A stretch of DNA of 64,000 nucleotides from Eledone cirrhosa (taxonomy: Eukaryota). Position numbers and translations under genes: made by a program. Location: assembly GCA_964016885.1 (NCBI GenBank), contig OZ024743.1, positions 232,128,001-232,192,000 on the forward strand, written 5' to 3'. Positions 42,769 through 56,516 of the stretch are shown one piece after another; the stretch's first letter is position 1; every line of letters starts with the position of its first letter. The notes under the pieces are model-generated. The model was not told the DNA's origin. It saw nothing but the letters and a program-made list of their open reading frames with translations, and did not search any database.

Positions 42769-43469
42769 CTGTGTGCGTGTGCACTTATATAGTATGGACA
42801 TGCTGGCTATTTTAATGAGATTTTTTTGTCAAGTTTTCACACAAGAAATAAATTTGTATGTGCGTTACGTGAAGCTACCTACCCGTTCATGTCCATGTAT
42901 AACTGGACCGTTTTCGTGAGTATTTGTGTTGTAAGGCATTTGTCATGTTCACTACGTACGATTTACATATAGCAACACTAAAACTGTCGTAAAATATTTA
43001 AGATTTATAATCGCATGCTGCGAACATGTCATATAGTGCAAATGTCTTCTGTTTTGTGTATAGATAGCCAAATAAGTCTGAAATTAGTGCCTCTAATTTT
43101 CCATTCTACTAATTCCACGCTTCCCTGAGCATCAAGACTGGTTAACAGCACCAATGGCAACCAGACATCTAAATTACTACTACTACTACGAATAAGAATA
43201 ATAATGATATAGCGAACGCAAATCTCCTACAGCCACTCCTGTTGCAGGTAGTAACACGACGACCCCCGACTTTCCAACACTACAAACCAATACTGCTACC
43301 GTCAACAGCATCAGACCAAACTGCAACATACTAGCGACTTCAAAATTAATACCAATACATCCAAGAACCACAACCCCAAACTTAGAACGTCTAAAACTCT
43401 GCCAAAATCAATTATCAGTGCCAACACATATTCAGTTACACACACTCACACATATTCACACACACAATT

Positions 43470-43538
<69 letters not shown>

Positions 43539-43734
43539 AATACATGCATACATATATATATATACATATATATATATATACATACATACATACATATATA
43601 TATACATATATATATAATTATATATATATATATATACATACATACATATATATATATATATACATATATATATATTAATATATATATATACATACATATA
43701 TATATGCATACATACACACATATATATATATATT

Positions 43735-43767
<33 letters not shown>

Positions 43768-43778
43768 GAATACGTATA

Positions 43779-43872
<94 letters not shown>

Positions 43873-43886
43873 AATTAATATGTATG

Positions 43887-43917
<31 letters not shown>

Positions 43918-44018
43918 AAATACATACATATTAATTTATATATATATAAACATTCATAAATGCATATATATATATATACATTCATACATATATATATATA
44001 TATACATACATACATACA

Positions 44019-44095
<77 letters not shown>

Positions 44096-44549
44096 AAATA
44101 CATACATATTCTTTCATATATATATATAAACATTCATAAATGCATACGTGTGTGTGTGCGTGAGTGAGAAAGTGAGAGAGAGAGTGAGAGAGTTTGATTG
44201 GCCTGAAAACACCATCTAATTGAAAACCATTCGAGCCATAATTTACATGGGACAGATCGAACTAACCATGCTTCACGTGTACCCTACGCTACACCAATTC
44301 TCACTGTAACCTCTATCATTACTATGATCACCATTACCACGTATACCATCTCTCCCAATGCCACATTGCCACTAACAACACAAACACAATTCTAACAATA
44401 AACCAAGGCAGCCACTTCCAACCCCGCTAACCTAACTGACACCGACACCGATAACGACACCGTCAATACAACCAACATTAAGAACAGTATAACTGTCCAA
44501 TAACATAAACACTATTACCAGCAACAGCACTAAACTGTGCATCCTCAAT

Positions 44550-44815
44550 ATCATGGTCCCTTAACCCCTTTCGGGGTCGTTGGGACAGTGAAATGTTGAT
44601 CGCTGCATCAACTGCCTCTATCTCTGGCAGTCATGGCAGAGCGGTTGAGTTGTGGTAAAGTTCTTCCCTGTCCACTCAGCTATGTTGTTTATGCACCGTC
44701 TGCCCCGCATTCTCTTTCCCCGCACCGTTCCTTGGAGAATTCTCGTAGAGAATCTGACCGATCTATTTACATGCCCATACCACTTTAGCTTTCTCTTCTC
44801 CATTGTGGTCAGCAA
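44550..44815 (-). mobile_element. 3' fragment of an RTE-like LINE
   Basis: KRKLKWYGHVNR...ILQGTVRGKRMRGR...NNIAEWTG, followed by a short 3' UTR. Confidence 0.8.
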
Positions 44816-45918
44816 AACTGCTGTGCAATCTGACTAATTATAATAATTTAGATGAGCAAAAATACAACCATCATTACTACATCTACCAACACAACACTAT
44901 ATTTACCACCACCACCACAACGACCACTACTACCACCATCACTACTATTACCACCACTACCATCAACACCACCATCTTCAGGAGGACCATCGCGAAGTAC
45001 AACATCAATAACGCTCATAAGAGAACCAACACCACTAACACGATAATATTGCCTACCACACGAACACCACAAGCAACAGTGCAATCACTAACACTAACAT
45101 ATATCCATTGGCACAATCAGCACTATAGATTTCTCAATATCATCATTTAAACAATCAGCACCACCAACACTAGCAACATCATCCACAATATCATTATCAC
45201 AACCAATATCACCACTATGAAACATAAGCCTGCCAATGATAGAGCATTGGTTGAGTCATTCACCTTCCTAGAAATACCTTCCGAAACTTATATATTACCG
45301 TTGGGCGAATAATATCCGAAATTTTTGTAAATGTCTCCATATTGTTCCATACTGATTACGAAAATCGCGATTCTTTAAAGAAATTAATAGTTTTTTCTAC
45401 ATATAGCAGAAGTCCAGCACTTTGAAAGGAAAGGGAAAGTTGTTTAAATCGACCCCAGAGCGTTACTGAAGCTCTGTGTTTTTCAACCTCTTAAGGATGA
45501 AAGACAAAGCTAATATCGATTCTTTGAACGAAAAAAAAAAAGTAATACAAAAAGTAGAGGTCAATCTAGATTGCATATTAATGTGATTCTAGCCAATCAA
45601 AACATGTAATCCTTCCACACAATTTCAGTACAACACCAAAAGTAAGCGTTTAGACAGTTGATGATAAAGGGCCAGCAGTTAAAGACAACCATCACCACAA
45701 CAAACATCACTACCACAACAATAACAACCCACAACAAACATCACATCAACAACAACAACAACAACAAACCACGAATTACAATACCAAAACGTTATCTACG
45801 TATATCTATCTCTCTATCTAGTTATGTATACCTCCTTGTCTATCTGTTAATCTACATTTATAGACCTATCTGTCTCTATCTATTATCGCTTCAGATAGTT
45901 AGATTGTTCCGTACATAC

Positions 45919-46027
<109 letters not shown>

Positions 46028-46076
46028 CATATTAATAGATAAATATATAGATATATAAACATAACTTTCAAAATAT

Positions 46077-46213
46077 AGTTTCTACTTTTGGCAAGGATTA
46101 CCCCGGTGCACCACTGGTACTTTATTTTATCGACCTCGTAGAGATGAAAGGGAAAGTTAGCCTCACCGGATTTTAACTCAGAACGCAAAGGGCCATAACT
46201 ATGCTGCAAAGCA
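46077..46213 (-). mobile_element. SINE family A, partial
   Basis: gtttctacttttggcaag...tactttattttatcgacc...gatgaaagg...aactcaga. Confidence 0.8.
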
Positions 46214-46324
46214 TAAGTTTCAAAATATGTTGTATGAATATATTGAGGTATTTGATAATATACAGAATTCAAATCACAATGAAGTAGACACACACACATT
46301 CATCACCCCTCTCTCTCTCTCTAT

Positions 46325-46372
<48 letters not shown>

Positions 46373-46511
46373 ACTAATAATAATAAAGAGCACGAAGTGT
46401 TAGTTAGATCTTCATTACATTTATTGAGATGTGACGCGCGTTTCGCGATTGATCACCTCAAGGCTCGATCCGTATCAATCTGACGCGATTCTGAAATCAA
46501 AAGCACCTGTG

Positions 46512-46704
<193 letters not shown>

Positions 46705-47094
46705 GAAAAGTCATCGCCAGAACAGCCGTTAAGGCAGCTAAATGCTGTCAAAGACAACGATGGGCAAAGAAAGACACCAGCGGCCAGTAGTCAACAGTGA
46801 GGCAATAAAAGAGGAGGAGGGCATATATATTACTGGGATTTGAGTTCTGCACATTATGAAATACCTGGTAGAATTCTGCCACTCTTCCTTCAGCATTATA
46901 ACAACAATAAAGTTTCCTAATATTATGTCTGAACGGTACATCTGTGATATATGGCAGATTATATATATAATACTACTTTTCTGATATGTTGTTTTGTTGA
47001 GCCAGAAATGAAATCAGGGGCATTTGAAACCAGTAAGTAAACTAACACAAATAAATATTGTAAGGCATGTCATTATATTATTCCACTTTTAATT

Positions 47095-47283
47095 TAATTA
47101 TTTCTACTATTGGCACAAGCCCAGCAATTACTCAGTACATTACTGGTACTTTATTTTATCGACCCCGTAAGGATGAAAGGCAAAGTTAACCTCAGCGGGA
47201 TTTGAACTCAGAATGGCAAGGGCCGTAACTCTATGCGTCAAAGCATGGCGTCCGACCCTATACCGATACTGCCAATTCACCGT
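47095..47283 (-). mobile_element. SINE family A
   Basis: Full-length match. Confidence 0.9.
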
Positions 47284-47654
47284 GTTAACAAATGCTCGGA
47301 TTTATTACTTGGAATCTTTAAGCTTATTCCCCAGGTGGTATGGCGCAGGCTTCTGATATTCTCAGACATGGCATCTTTAATCTAATTTTGGTAGTATGTA
47401 TGGCTCCTAAGTCTGTTAGTAGAGCTTTATATGTTGGAAGGACTCAGCTGCTATTTCTAGCTGTCGAACACCCTATTCACGCCATTGGCTGATTTCGGGG
47501 TGATGTGTCTTTTTAAAACCGTTATTCCCCGAGTTGCTTTTAGTGTGTAATCATAGGTAGTTAAATCTTTTCCTTTGCCGATTATCCAAGATATTAATGG
47601 TGAAATATATTTCTTTCACGGAATATATACAAAGGAGTTTAATCATTATTGCAA

Positions 47655-47860
47655 GGGCGGGGGATTGTCAGCATCGGTAAAGGGGCTGACGCCATGATTT
47701 GCAGCATAGAGTTACGGCCCTTTATGGTGTGAGTTCAAATCCCGCCGAGGTTAACTTTGCCTTTAATCCTTACGGGGTGGATAAAATAAAGTACCAGGTC
47801 GATCAATAAAATACACTGGGATAATTGCTGGCCTTGTGCCAAAAGTAGAAACAATTATTG
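47655..47860 (+). mobile_element. SINE family A
   Basis: Full-length match. Confidence 0.88.
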
Positions 47861-48189
47861 CAAGGTATCTATTTGCTAGGTTCTTGTTAATTGTTAATAT
47901 GTTACCTCCGTAACAATGTGTGTTTAGATTCTTTACAAATTATCCCCTATATTTGTTTGAAATGTTTATTTTATATATATATGTCATTTGACTTTTAATT
48001 TAATGTTAATAAATGTTCGGATTTACTACTTGGAATCTTTGAGGTTATTCCACAGGTGACATGGCGCACTCTTCTGATATTCTCAGACATGGCATCTTTA
48101 ATCTAATTTTTATAGTACATATATATATAAATATATATAGAAGAAGGAAGTACGTTGAGTTCTTGAATTGATTTATTTACCGTATAGAT

Positions 48190-48229
<40 letters not shown>

Positions 48230-48235
48230 TTAATG

Positions 48236-48275
<40 letters not shown>

Positions 48276-48387
48276 CATTAAATTAAAGTCGAATGACATA
48301 TATATATATAAAATAAACACATCAAATAATTACAGGGGATAATTTGTAAAGAGTGTAAACACACATGATTATTTAAAGGAATATTAA

Positions 48388-48567
48388 GGGCGGTGGATTG
48401 GCAGTATCGGTAGATATGCTTTCCAGCATAGTTATGACCGTTTACGATCTGAGTTCAAATCCCGCCGAGGTTGACTTTGCCTTTCATCCTTACGCGGTCG
48501 ATAAAATAAAGTACCAGTAATGCACTGGATATTTGCTGGCCTTGTGCCTAAAGTAGAAACAATTATT
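48388..48567 (+). mobile_element. SINE family A (small internal deletion)
   Basis: gggcggtggattggcagtatcggtaga...agtagaaacaattatt. Confidence 0.88.
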
Positions 48568-49386
48568 TAAAGGAATATATACAAAGGAGATTAATGATTA
48601 TTGCAAGGTATCTATATTCAAGGTTCTTGTTAATGTTTAATATGTTACCTCCTTAACTATGTGTGTTTAGACTCTTTATAAATTGTCCCTGCAATTGTTT
48701 GATGTGTTTACAAACAAACCGAACATTATAATAAAAGTTCGGTAAACCCATACGTACATATATATATGTGTACATGTATGTATATATATACATACTACTG
48801 TACGTCTGTACACATATATGTGTGTGTGTATTTCTGTGCGTATGTATGCATACATGTATGTATGGCTGTATATATATGTATGTTTGTCCGTGTTTTTATT
48901 CACATCTCTATCAGTGTCTTTAATACTGGCTCGGAAAAAAAACTAGATCAATAAAATCAACATTTGATTCAATATGGTCAACTAAAGCAAGGCAGTGCCT
49001 CAACATGGCCGCAAATTGATGACTGAAACCAGTAATATAAAGCAATATCTTAAATCGGCCTCAACATTTCGGAGAGGCTTCTATCGATAATTTAACCCAA
49101 AATACTTGACTGGTACTTAGATATATCACCTTAGATGGACGAATGAAGGAAAGCTCACATCAGTTAAAGAATTGAAAGAAGATCTATATTCCCACACTTC
49201 CTGCAACAATTATTATATGTTATTGAGTTAATATCTATAAAATGTTATGAAACGGAGGCATATATATTTTTTTCATTTTATTTTATTTATTCTTTCGTTA
49301 TATGCTAGAAAATTCCAAATAAAGTTGACATTACGTTTGTAACTGTTTGATTGATACATCGATACAAAACATTTTAAGATATGGTG

Positions 49387-49480
<94 letters not shown>

Positions 49481-49490
49481 TTATATATAT

Positions 49491-49565
<75 letters not shown>

Positions 49566-49876
49566 AATAATATCACAAAATGAAATAGAATCAAATAAAA
49601 TAGAATCAAATAAAGAAAGCGAATGTAAAATAAAATCAGTCGTATTTCGTTTTTAAGTAAAATTCATGCTGTGTATCCATCAATTTATTTGTGAGAACTT
49701 AACAGAGAAATGTATTTTCAATCTAGTCTACGTTTTAAAATGTTCTTCATATACCACGTTCCATAATGTAAGTAAACTGTAGTTAGAAAGGAAAATTGCT
49801 GTGCACACACAAACATACAGACCCACACATATACACTAACATACACAAATAAACACACAACCACACACATAGCACT

Positions 49877-50033
<157 letters not shown>

Positions 50034-50693
50034 GCATAAATACGTATATATGAATATTCGTATATATATATGTGTGTGTGTGCGTGTGTATGTGTGTGTG
50101 GGTGGGTGTGTGTGTGTGTGTTCAAAAATATGTGTTAGAGTCCTTTAGAGGTTGAGGCTTTCTAGACTACTAAGTCTAGTATTTTTGTTAAATTCCAGCT
50201 GTTTTTTCCTTATTCTAGCCATTTATCATGCAGACAAGATACGATTACAAATATCAGGTGAAAACAATTTACACCACTAAGGCTACTTTAGCAGTAATGT
50301 AATGTTCTACACATAGTGTTTTGTGACAGTTTCCAATGACTAGTGTCTATGTAGGCTGCTACAGAGCTGATTTAACGTTTCCGTTACATTCACAATAGAA
50401 ATCTTTCAAGTAGCATTTCATGTTTGACTATGAAACCTATATATAATACCTTCTAGAAACTATATGTAATATGTGTGTACACGTTCTTTCATATATAGCT
50501 GTGCCTGTGCGTGCGTTGTGCCTGTTTTCGTGTATGCACGCGTGTGTGTGTGTGTGTGTGTGTGTAGGTGTGTGTGTGTGTATGTATGTGTGTCAGTGTG
50601 TTATTATCGGACTCATTTTTCTCTCTTTGTCTCTGTCCACTTTACCTCGATCTGCATTTGTCTCTCTTAACATCAACTAACACGCAGAGAAAC

Positions 50694-50743
<50 letters not shown>

Positions 50744-51659
50744 ATAAGTATATGTGTGTGTGTTTGTGTGTGTGTTTGTGTGTTTGTGTTTATATTTTTT
50801 CATATAACTAAAGTAATTTGGCAGCTTATCTTTGAATCAGTTATACATTAATTTACTTGCGTACTGTATACAAAAACAAATATTTCATTTCACCGTGCAC
50901 CGATGAAACGTCTAGTTTCGTGTGATCATTATTGAATGACTCAGCAGTTATGTTCACCTCCTGCTTTACATGTTATCGAGCTGGAGCCAAATTATGTGTC
51001 GCGATTTATAGTGCGAAGATGTCACATGATTGACACTACTCTCGGTACTAGGTGTTCTCTTCTCAGCAGGGAAATATTTGGTCTATATAAAATTTGAAGC
51101 TATATTTGACATGTTTATCTATATACATAAATGGTGTGTCTCACCATTGACCTCTGTTACTGACAAATAGAATATTTAATTTTTTTAAATCAATGCCTGG
51201 TACTCACCATATTTTCTGCAAGAACGTATGGAAAAGTGTATGCCACTCTCCTCAAATTCCCTCTCTGATTAACTCTCCATATCCTTGACTCTCAGACAGT
51301 CTGACGGTCTTTTTGCGTTTCTCCCTTTCTCTACTTTTTACTTTTGTTTCACTCGCTTCTGTCTCTCCCTCTCTTCTATCCCCCTCCCTTCTCGTCCGTC
51401 ACCCACTCTCTTCTGTCTCTCTCTCATGAATAAGAATCACATCATTCGGAGCCTTAAAAAAATGATAGTCTGCAGAACGGCTCTGTATACGCCGAGTTTC
51501 CTGATTTCCCTAGGATGTTCGCTATTCCGTGTTATCTCTCTTTTACCAGTCTATTGAAAGCCACTTTACCAATATTAGTATTACAGTATCCAAGTATTTG
51601 GGATATTTAACAGCCTTCAACACGGTCGCATCGATACTGGTATATACACATGTTATACA

Positions 51660-51895
51660 TGCATGATGGTAGCAGACTCATGTTCGAGCATAGCCATCGC
51701 CTCATAAAAGGCTAAAAAATGTGAGGCACGAATGTGGCTCTTCAAACCAGTCAAAGACTTACACCGTCTGGCACATACATGGCAACTGTAGACTTCTCTG
51801 GAATTTTCCACTGCTTCGATCTGACTCTGCATTCTTATATGTCTTTTCAGAAATCCCATGCTTGGCCATTTCTTGCCACATTCCCTACGCCTTTT
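51660..51895 (-). mobile_element. RTE-clade LINE 3' end with C2H2 zinc finger
   Basis: GFLKRHIRMQ...YSCHVCARRCKSLTGLKSHIRASH. The 3' end resembles that of the 41285 family. Confidence 0.7.
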
Positions 51896-51940
51896 CAGTT
51901 ACATACATATATACTTACATAAATAAATATAAATATATAT

Positions 51941-51997
<57 letters not shown>

Positions 51998-52121
51998 CTT
52001 GCATTTACATATACTTACGTACATACATATATATGTATATTTATAGATGTGTGTGTATTCTGTGAAACATTTTGAATTTGGTTATCTAAACGTAAATTAC
52101 TATACGAACAGTCGATCATTT

Positions 52122-52298
52122 TTGCAGTATCGGTAGAGGCTCTGACGCGATGCTTTGCAGCAAAGAGTGACGGCCCTTTATGGTCTGAGATCAAATCCCG
52201 CCGGAGTTGATTTGCCTTTCATCCTTACGGGGCCGATAAAATAAAGTACCAGTAATACACTGGGATAATTGCTGGCTTTTAGCCAAAAGTAGAAACAG
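52122..52298 (+). mobile_element. SINE family A
   Basis: gcagtatcggtagagg...gcctttcatccttacggggccgataaaataaagtaccag...agtagaaac. Confidence 0.88.
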
Positions 52299-52553
52299 CT
52301 ATAATTAATAGTTTTAAAAAATCAAATAAATTACTGAGTTAGGTGGAAAGATTTAAAGTGGACAGAAAGAAGCCGATGTTCACTGCGTCTGATTTGAAAA
52401 TCGATCCTAGAATGAAGCTGATCTTACTCGATTACGGCTCAGCACTGGTTATTTGCGAAACACGTGTTACGCGCAATTACGATTAGAACATGTTGAACTG
52501 AAAGTTCGATTTCTTTTTTAATACACACACACATACACACACACACACACACG

Positions 52554-52628
<75 letters not shown>

Positions 52629-53950
52629 ATTTATACCTGTGTATATATACATATATATAGATAGATGTGCGTGTGTGGAGACGGAGAAAGGGAGAGAGAG
52701 TAGATAGATTTCTGCTGAGATGAATTCGGCAAATTTGAAGGCATTTTTGTATTAGTTACTGACACGGCTCTCGGCTGTCACTGAGCGGAATGACAGCGTA
52801 TGAACTACGTGACCTTTGCTCCGGAGTTCAATATTCTATCGACTTCACCATCTGCGTATCTTAAAATGTTGTCGATGAAAATATCCATAACCAAATAATA
52901 TATCATCTTCCGTGTTATATATCCTCTGTAAATCTATTAGTTCGTTCGGGAAACGAACGAGGCGAAAGACAATATTAACGAACAGAACAAAAATGGTGTT
53001 GATGTTGGTGGTTGTTTAAAGGACGTGGAAGAAAAGATCAAATAACGTGACATTGCCCATTAGAGAAATGTCCAATTGTTCGTAGATATGACAGATTTCG
53101 TCAGCTTTATTAATGATTCTTGTTAAATATACTAAATCAACCAAGACGCGCTTTTGTTAAGAAATTATTTCGCAGCGACAGGTAGGAAAATATTATTATC
53201 GCTCAGCTAGCTCTCATAGTTTTGTTTCAGCTTAGTAAGAGCTTCATATAACGAGCACAATAACCTTAATCAATTAAGTCTATACTCGTCTCGAGAAAGA
53301 AGAAAACACTAGTGGACAATACTACAATAACAAAGCAAAGCCAAGGGCGATAACTGGAAATAACAATTTTTTTTTTCTCTTTGTGTTTCCTTATTGAAGT
53401 GGGTTAAGGTACTGGAGTCCCAATTAAATAAAATTGGAAATAATAAGCAATAAAATTGAAGAATTGACTGATCTTTAGGAGACACGGTATCAACTTAGTT
53501 TATTTTAACGAAGCAGTAGCTTGAAGGCGTACCGTTATCGTTGTGTTTTTAACAAACACACGCAGCGAATATTACTTCGTATTAAGTTTAATTTGTATGT
53601 TGCAACAAATGGGCTTTCACTTTGTGACTTGTCAGCAAGATGTTGTCGCATCAACTCGTCGCCTTGTGACAAGGAATTTTCAAGCAGTTTTCTTTTCAAT
53701 GAAAAGTGTAAAAGTTAGATGAGATTTCTATTGTCACTTTGCATTGTGTATCCATTTTCTTTCTGATTATTTTTTGTTTTGTTATTTTTTATGTTCTTCC
53801 TTGGGTTTGGGTTAGATAGGAGTTTTATTCTCTCAAACATTATTTATTGCTTAGGATTCTTCATGATCGTGGGTTTTATTTTTTCCACAATTCAACGTAA
53901 AAACATGAGGACATACATACACAGACATTGATATATACACACACACAAAC

Positions 53951-53996
<46 letters not shown>

Positions 53997-54091
53997 ATGT
54001 GTATGTGTGTGTGTACGTGCGTGTGTCTATATATACATTACAGACAGGCAAGCAAGCAATCACAGACTTTTAGTATTATATATATATACAT

Positions 54092-54180
<89 letters not shown>

Positions 54181-54210
54181 ATCAAAAGATGGTTAAAGGA
54201 GTTCCATGTA

Positions 54211-54277
54211 TTTTATTATGCGCATTTCAAAAACAAACATCATCATGCAATAATATTTGTGTTTTCATCAGATAAAA
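54211..54277 (-). ncRNA. Type-I hammerhead ribozyme (minus-strand copy)
   Basis: Exact reverse complement of 54438-54504. Confidence 0.75.
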
Positions 54278-54437
54278 CAGGAGAACATGATATGAAGGCT
54301 AAAAAACACTTGTGGATAGTGCAGTTTTAAATCTACATATCACTTGTGGATAGTGCAGTTTTAAATCTACATATGTAGATTTAAAACTGCACTATCCACA
54401 AGTGTTTTTAATTTAGCCTTCATATCATGTTCTCCTG

Positions 54438-54504
54438 TTTTATCTGATGAAAACACAAATATTATTGCATGATGATGTTTGTTTTTGAAATGCGCATAAT
54501 AAAA
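54438..54504 (+). ncRNA. Type-I hammerhead ribozyme
   Basis: ttttat-CTGATGA-aaacacaaatatt...gatgtttgttttt-GAAA-tgcgca-TA-ataaaa. 6-bp helix I, long AU/GU helix II, palindrome ATGCGCAT, AUA site. Confidence 0.75.
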
Positions 54505-54627
54505 TACATGGAACTCCTTTAACCATCTTTTGATCTTATATTATGCATACTCCAGTCCTACAAACTGTAGAGTGCTTCTTATCCGATATCTGCATTGCTT
54601 TATTGTACTACAATAAAACTCACCTCC

Positions 54628-54654
<27 letters not shown>

Positions 54655-54659
<5 letters not shown>

Positions 54660-55298
54660 CTACTAAAAGTGTGATGCTTGCTTGCTTATCTGTAATGTAA
54701 CACAGCCAAAAGAGCGCATAATGGGAAAATACTTTGAAAAGAAGTTGCACCTGAAATGGGAATACAAATGCAATGAAACAAGTTTCGTGTAAATCGGACC
54801 ACGGGTACCAGAGATATGGCGTTTTTCCGGGTACCTTCATAAACAAACAGAGAGAAACATAGAGATAGTGGTTGTGACAGAGTAGATTAAAAGAAAGACA
54901 TAGAGAGAGGCAAACGTGACAGAGAAGGAGAATGGAAGAGAGCTGGTGGTGTTGTGTGTATAAATATATGTATATATGTAAGTGTGTGTGTGTGTATTTG
55001 TGTGTGCATATGTGTGAGTGTCTATGACCAGTGCATATATAACACAGAGACGCACACATATATATACACACATATATATATATATATATACACATACACA
55101 CACACACGCATACACACACACACACACATTTATTTATATATATATATATATATAAATACACGCGTATATATATGGGCCTTCCTCTTTCATTGCACATATA
55201 CATGTCTGTGTATATTTTAATTATTTAAAAAATATTTTTAATTGAACAAGATTTTTTTTTAATATTTTCAAATGGACGTGACCCAACGGGTGGTCTAG
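54655..55298 (+). mobile_element. Probable non-autonomous Helitron
   Basis: 5' tatactactaaaag; 3' hairpin acccaacgggt followed by CTAG|T at 55295-55299. Related pieces at 54035-54082 (-) and 63287-63450 (-). Confidence 0.6.
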
Positions 55299-55404
55299 TA
55301 CATATATATATTAATAAATATTTGCTCTATGGTTCTTATATATCTGATATATATTCATCTTTATCGAGCCCTCTTTGGATTTTAGTCTTCACATTTATTA
55401 TTAT

Positions 55405-55467
<63 letters not shown>

Positions 55468-55470
<3 letters not shown>

Positions 55471-55911
55471 GAATTTGTTTTGCAAGGTTGTTGATATGAA
55501 ATCGCGTGTTTAAACCAATATTGTTATATTTGGGCAGGGTTATATTGTTATAGCATTGACAGAAATAATAACAAAACACACTCACTCTTTGGTTTGGGTT
55601 GGTTTTCGCTTCTGTATCTTTTAAATAAAATAAAAATGGCGTGGACATTACAATACAACGGATGAAAACATAATAGTACCATTGATGATGTTACAGATGT
55701 GTGACGAAAGAACATTGATAGACTATATATATATTTATATCTGTATTTTTAACTGTTGGTCAACAATGATAAACATTGATTGCCAGATAAATTAACTATG
55801 GAGATATAAAAGATACAGAAGCGAAAACCAACCCTAACCAAACAGTGTGTTTCTTCTGTTATTATTTCTGGCAACATTATAACAATACCACCGTCCCAAA
55901 ATATAATAAGC

Positions 55912-55912
<1 letters not shown>
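55468..55912 (+). mobile_element. Non-coding PLE pseudo-LTR with inverted 5' copy (family of 1-683); degenerate HHR at 55677-55722
   Basis: 55468-55622 is an inverted copy of the family's 3' end. 55630-55910 matches 330-625. (TA)n on both sides. Confidence 0.75.
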
Positions 55913-55961
<49 letters not shown>

Positions 55962-55962
55962 G

Positions 55963-56348
55963 AGGAGAGATGACCCCTTAGCCTTTGTCAAGGCAGAATT
56001 CTAACACCTGCAATCCTGATGGTATCCAATGATGTTGACCTGTTCTTCTTTTTGGTAAATATCATCTTGGTTAAGAGAGTGGGACTGGCTTTGTGCAGTG
56101 CCTTTGCTCACTATAAAAGCTTCACAGCACAGGCATTGCTTTATATCTGGAGATCTCTCTGCACTTGTCATCACATGGTACCATGGGCCCTGCACTATGT
56201 GTCAATAATGGTCACAAGTGTAGTCTTTGTACCAGAGTTTTCAAGTCGCTGGCTGGACTAAAGTCACATTCGTTCAGCGCATCGGTAGGGGTTCTCCTAC
56301 ATGGATATAAAGTAGTGGCCGTACTCGAAAACGAGTTGGCAGCCACCA
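55963..56348 (+). mobile_element. Second copy of the RTE-derived non-autonomous element
   Basis: High similarity to 41417-41825. Encodes HKCSLCTRVFKSLAGLKSH. Confidence 0.75.
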
Positions 56349-56354
56349 TGTGTG

Positions 56355-56401
<47 letters not shown>

Positions 56402-56442
56402 AAATGAAAATCCGAAGGCAAGGTAAAATTCCAATCATTTAA

Positions 56443-56516
56443 TCACGACACATGTTTCAATAAGAGATAGATCGATTGTGAAGCCATGATCGATTATCAC
56501 TGATCTCATCAGGTGA
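56443..56516 (-). ncRNA. Type-I hammerhead ribozyme with GUC site
   Basis: tcac-CTGATGA-gatcagtgata...tatctcttatt-GAAA-catgt-GTC-gtga. Lies about 45 nt from a (TA)n tract. Confidence 0.7.

Larger units (their letters stand above)
54175..54540. mobile_element. Near-perfect 366-bp palindrome with a hammerhead in each arm
   Basis: Centre is tacatatgta (54368-54377). Arms are identical except a 34-bp duplication (left) and a ~4-nt insertion (right). Confidence 0.9.

Noticed and set aside
46431-46470. Functional hammerhead (minus-strand GAAACGCGCGTC)
   Set aside because: The 3' half is classic but CUGANGA and helix I are missing; counted only as a remnant.
46865-46941. Candidate 77-bp minus-strand exon (DVPFRHNIRKLYCCYNAEGRVAEFYQ)
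   Set aside because: AG/GT boundaries are present but there is no recognisable homology or partner exon.
52700-53720. Repeat-free stretch as exon or enhancer
   Set aside because: No long ORF or recognisable product; TAAT-type motifs are expected by chance in AT-rich DNA.
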